This document shows positions 61,055 through 64,000 of a stretch of DNA of 64,000 nt, in pieces. Numbering within the stretch: the stretch's first letter is position 1; every line of letters begins with the position of its first letter. The notes beneath the pieces were generated by a model. The model saw nothing but the letters and a program-made list of their open reading frames with translations. It had not been told where the DNA came from and searched no databases. The position numbers were made by a program, and so were the translations under genes. Origin of the DNA: the human T2T-CHM13v2.0 reference genome, Homo sapiens; the NCBI RefSeq assembly GCF_009914755.1, contig NC_060941.1; one strand, 5' to 3'.

Positions 61055-61769
61055 GTGGGCTGGGTGGGTGAGGGGGTGGCCAGACGGCCCTGGTGAGGGG
61101 CTAGGGCGAGAGGAAGGCAGGAGGGGCTGCCGGGATGCTGGGGTCTTCTGTCTCACACCTGTCTAACTCTGACTCGCACCACGGGCCGCTTCACGACTGC
61201 CTTGTTAGACCAGTGCACGGTGGGCAGCAGAGGGGTCCTGGCTTGATGCCTTAGGACAGCTTCAGAGCAGGCTGGGGGTGGAGGCCTCGGTGGGACCTCA
61301 GGCTTGGCCGTTTGGCCCGGCTCTTCCCTACCCTGTGCAGTGTGTAAGGGTGTCAGGCTCTGTGCCCCGGGTTCCAGTGGGCAGTCAGCTCTCAGCTTCC
61401 CAACCCAGGGGTGCCGCTTATCACTTGGAGGTCAGTCCGCCTGCCTGGAAAGGGGTGCTGGGGGAGACTAGGGGTCATTTTCCGGAATGAGCGTTCTAGG
61501 ATGAGAAGCTGGTATCACGAGGGGTGAGAAGTTCAGCACCTTCGGACACTGCATCATCAGCTGGCAGGGTTTATGTTTGGGTTCTGTCAGTTTGGAGAAG
61601 AACATGGGGGATGTTAGATTCCAGAGCTGATTCTGAGCTGTTCTTCCATCGAATGTTCCTCCCTCAAAGCCCCCCCACAACATATCCCCCTTGCAAGACC
61701 TGGAAACAGTGGTCAGACTTTACGGGCACTGCCGGGACTAACGGTGGCATCATCTGGTTTGTCTTGCAG

Positions 61770-61802
61770 GACGACTATATCCCATACCCCAGCATCGACG
61801 AG
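61770..61802 (+). CDS. RAP1GAP2: RAP1GAP2 coding exon (33 nt): DDYIPYPSIDE
   Basis: Branch-point-like GACTAAC at 61736-61742, acceptor gtcttgcAG, donor GAG|gtaggt. Homologous to RAP1GAP EDYIPYPSVHE. Confidence 0.96.
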
Positions 61803-62195
61803 GTAGGTGCCCTCCCCTCACTCCCACCTGCCCTGCAGCCTGCTCTGGGTCCCGTCCCTGGGGAAATGATGGCGATGGCCTGTGCCCAGCCCCCCAGGGG
61901 AGAGAACCTTGGGCCTGGGACCTCTCTTCCTGTCTTTGCCTTTGTAACCTCAGCTTCTCCATGTGTTAAGTTGGGGGTGCTCATCTAGGCCTTTCAGCCC
62001 TGGGGCTACAGGGTTGGCGAATGAAGCTGGAGGTGTTGTGGGGCTTGGAGGAGGGGTTCATGTCACTGCCTTTGGCCTCAAGTACCAGTGGGTACCAGGC
62101 CCCACTCCTGGGAGCAGCGCAGAGGGGACACCGCCACCGGCCCCCTCCCTCCCCTGCGGTCCCAGGGGAGCGCACGACCCTCCCTCTGCCTTCAG

Positions 62196-62408
62196 GTTGT
62201 GGAGAAGGGAGGCCCGTACCCTCAGGTCATCCTGCCACAGTTTGGGGGCTATTGGATCGAGGACCCGGAGAACGTGGGCACCCCAACATCGCTGGGGAGC
62301 AGCATCTGTGAGGAGGAGGAAGAGGACAACCTCAGCCCCAACACATTTGGCTACAAGCTCGAGTGCAAGGGTGAAGCCAGGGCCTACCGGAGGCACTTCC
62401 TGGGGAAG
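62196..62408 (+). CDS. RAP1GAP2: RAP1GAP2 coding exon (213 nt): VVEKGGPYPQVILPQFGGYWIEDPENVG...YKLECKGEARAYRRHFLGK
   Basis: Acceptor ctctgccttcAG, donor AAG|gtgagg. Contains the Rap1GAP-family signatures LPQFGGYWIE and YRxHFLGK. Confidence 0.98.
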
Positions 62409-62740
62409 GTGAGGCTGGGGGAGAGGAGCTGCTGGGGGTTGGGGGCAGAGGCTGGGGACGCTGGGAGAGAGGAGGTACCAGGCGGTAGGGGATGGGGAGA
62501 GGTTGAGGGAGGCTGTGGGAGGCTGTGGGAGAGGAGCTGCCAGGGGTGGGGGTGAGGCTGGGAGAGGCTGTGGGAGAGGAGCTGCCGGGGATGGGGGTGA
62601 GGCTGGGGGAGGCTGTGGGAGAGGAGCTGCGGGGGGTGGGGGTGAGGCTGGGGGAGGCTTGGGGGACAGAGGAGCTGGCAGGGGTGGGGGGAGGGGCTGG
62701 GGGCCCTGGGGGAGAGGAGCTGGCGGGGGTGGGGGTAGGG
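62409..62740 (+). repeat. G-rich 45-bp-period minisatellite starting at the exon donor
   Basis: ggctgtgggagaggagctgc recurs at 62521, 62566 and 62611, with degenerate copies on both sides. Confidence 0.88.
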
Positions 62741-63509
62741 CAGAGTGCCCCCCTTTTCCTTGGCCTCTTACCTCCTTCCTAGTCTGTCCTTTTGTTGCTG
62801 CCTGCTGCTGTCTTAGTTGGAGAGGTCTGAGGGCCTCTGTCCTGGGATAGGGGACGGGGCAGGGGAGCCATGTAACAATCAGGGAGGCCCAGTGCCATGA
62901 GTCCTTGTGGGGACCACCCCCCGCAAATGTTTCGGGAGGCGATGGAATGGGTAGTGTTTGGGGTGAAGGACGGTGGCTGGAGTTTTGACTGTTCGAGGAA
63001 AAATGTGTTCTCACACCTCAAGAAGTCTCTGTTTCCATCTAAATCACGCAAATCTCTCCGTCCTCATTCAGGCAGATCCTCTGAGTGCTTGTACTGCATA
63101 GTGTCTGCGAGCCTCTGATTGCTTAAAAGTGACAAAGTTAAATTTAAAAGAATAGATTCTGCCCTTCAGATTTACCAGGTTCTTGATGTACTGAGGGCAG
63201 ATTCCGGAAATCTGTAGCCTGAGGCCGCTTTGCAGAGTCTCACGTGACGGGAGGCTGCCTCAGAGCCCCTGGGTCTTGTTAGCATGCAGATTCCAGGGCC
63301 TCAGTCTGATCCAGCAGGTCTGGGGAGCTGTGTTTTTCGCCCGTGTTCCCCGAGCCAGGGAGTGACCCACTGGCTCAGGACACCTCCCAGCTCCCCTGGG
63401 TGGAGGTGCCAGGGTTCCTCCTTGCTGTCTTGCCCCAGATAGTGTGAACTGGTGAGGGCCGCCCCATGGGAATGAGAATGTGGACTCGGTATCTTGTGGT
63501 TAAGAACTT

Positions 63510-63720
63510 GCCCTTCAGAGTCAAGACAGCTGTGCGTTTGAACCCTGGATCTGTCCCTTACTCATCGTGTCATCCTGGGCAGTGACTTAACCCCCCGACC
63601 ATTGGTTTTCCCATCTGTGAAATGGGGATGATGTTCTCTCCCGGATACAGCTGTGGTCAGGACTGAAGGAGATAGTGGGTATTAAGCCCCTGGCACGGTG
63701 CCTGGCGCCTCCTGAGGATC
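63510..63720. mobile_element. MIR remnant
   Basis: gagtcaagacagctgtgcgtttgaaccctgg...ttttcccatctgtgaaatggggatg. Confidence 0.7.
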
Positions 63721-63879
63721 CGGCCGTCGGTACCTGTTAATGTCGTTGTCATTGTCATCAGTAGCATCCTTCTCTTCCTTGTTGCTGTGGGGCTTCTCCT
63801 GGTGAAGGAGGTGGTTTAGGGGGAACATACCTGGAAGGTTTCTTCCTCCTTCCTGCTCACACTCAGTTTCTTTTTTTAG

Positions 63880-63983
63880 GATCATCTAAACTTTTACTGT
63901 ACCGGCAGCAGCCTGGGGAACTTGATCCTGTCCGTCAAGTGCGAGGAAGCAGAGGGGATCGAGTACCTCCGGGTCATCCTCAG
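63880..63983 (+). CDS. RAP1GAP2: RAP1GAP2 coding exon (104 nt): DHLNFYCTGSSLGNLILSVKCEEAEGIEYLRVIL(R)
   Basis: Acceptor tttctttttttAG, donor CAG|gtaggg. Continues in frame from ...FLGK; region preceding the RapGAP catalytic core. Confidence 0.97.
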
Positions 63984-64000
63984 GTAGGGCTGTTGCGCTG

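Noticed and set aside
62058-63014. 318-aa proline-rich minus-strand ORF
   Set aside because: It is the antisense read-through of a coding exon plus the G-rich minisatellite; low complexity explains the lack of stops.
63155-63204. Small hairpin gattctgcccttcag...ctgagggcagattc as a possible miRNA or ncRNA
   Set aside because: The stem is only ~13 bp and imperfect, too short for a pre-miRNA and compatible with chance.

Overview
Primate (most likely human) genomic DNA from inside RAP1GAP2 (Rap1 GTPase-activating protein 2), transcribed on the + strand. Six GT-AG coding exons (3623-3707, 56097-56132, 61010-61054, 61770-61802, 62196-62408, 63880-63983) splice in frame to KQELANSSDATLPDRPLSPPLTAPPTMK / SSEFFEMLEKMQ / GIKLEEQKPGPQKNK / DDYIPYPSIDE / VVEKGGPYPQ...RRHFLGK / DHLNFYCTGSS...EYLRVILR, which covers the N-terminal region, a degenerate GoLoco-like motif and the start of the RapGAP region. 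A 52.4-kb intron (3708-56096) fills most of the window and holds about 55 Alus or Alu fragments, L1/L2/MIR remnants, MaLR LTRs, MER DNA-transposon fossils and several minisatellites. The best lead is a CpG-retaining, promoter-like element at about 38.1-38.4 kb (perfect DR1, CRE-like, GC-box and ETS motifs). It is followed by a strong-Kozak ATG encoding MDFLKYLF and a GTGAGT donor exactly in phase with the next exon, i.e. a candidate alternative first exon and N-terminus. Other leads are a canonical G-quadruplex over the donor of the 45-nt GoLoco-half exon, two VNTRs amplified from transposon fragments, a donor-duplicating G-rich minisatellite and several rearranged retroelements. Gene identity and repeat families are recognised from memory, not from a database search, and repeat boundaries are approximate. 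Almost all ORFs in the supplied track are spurious.
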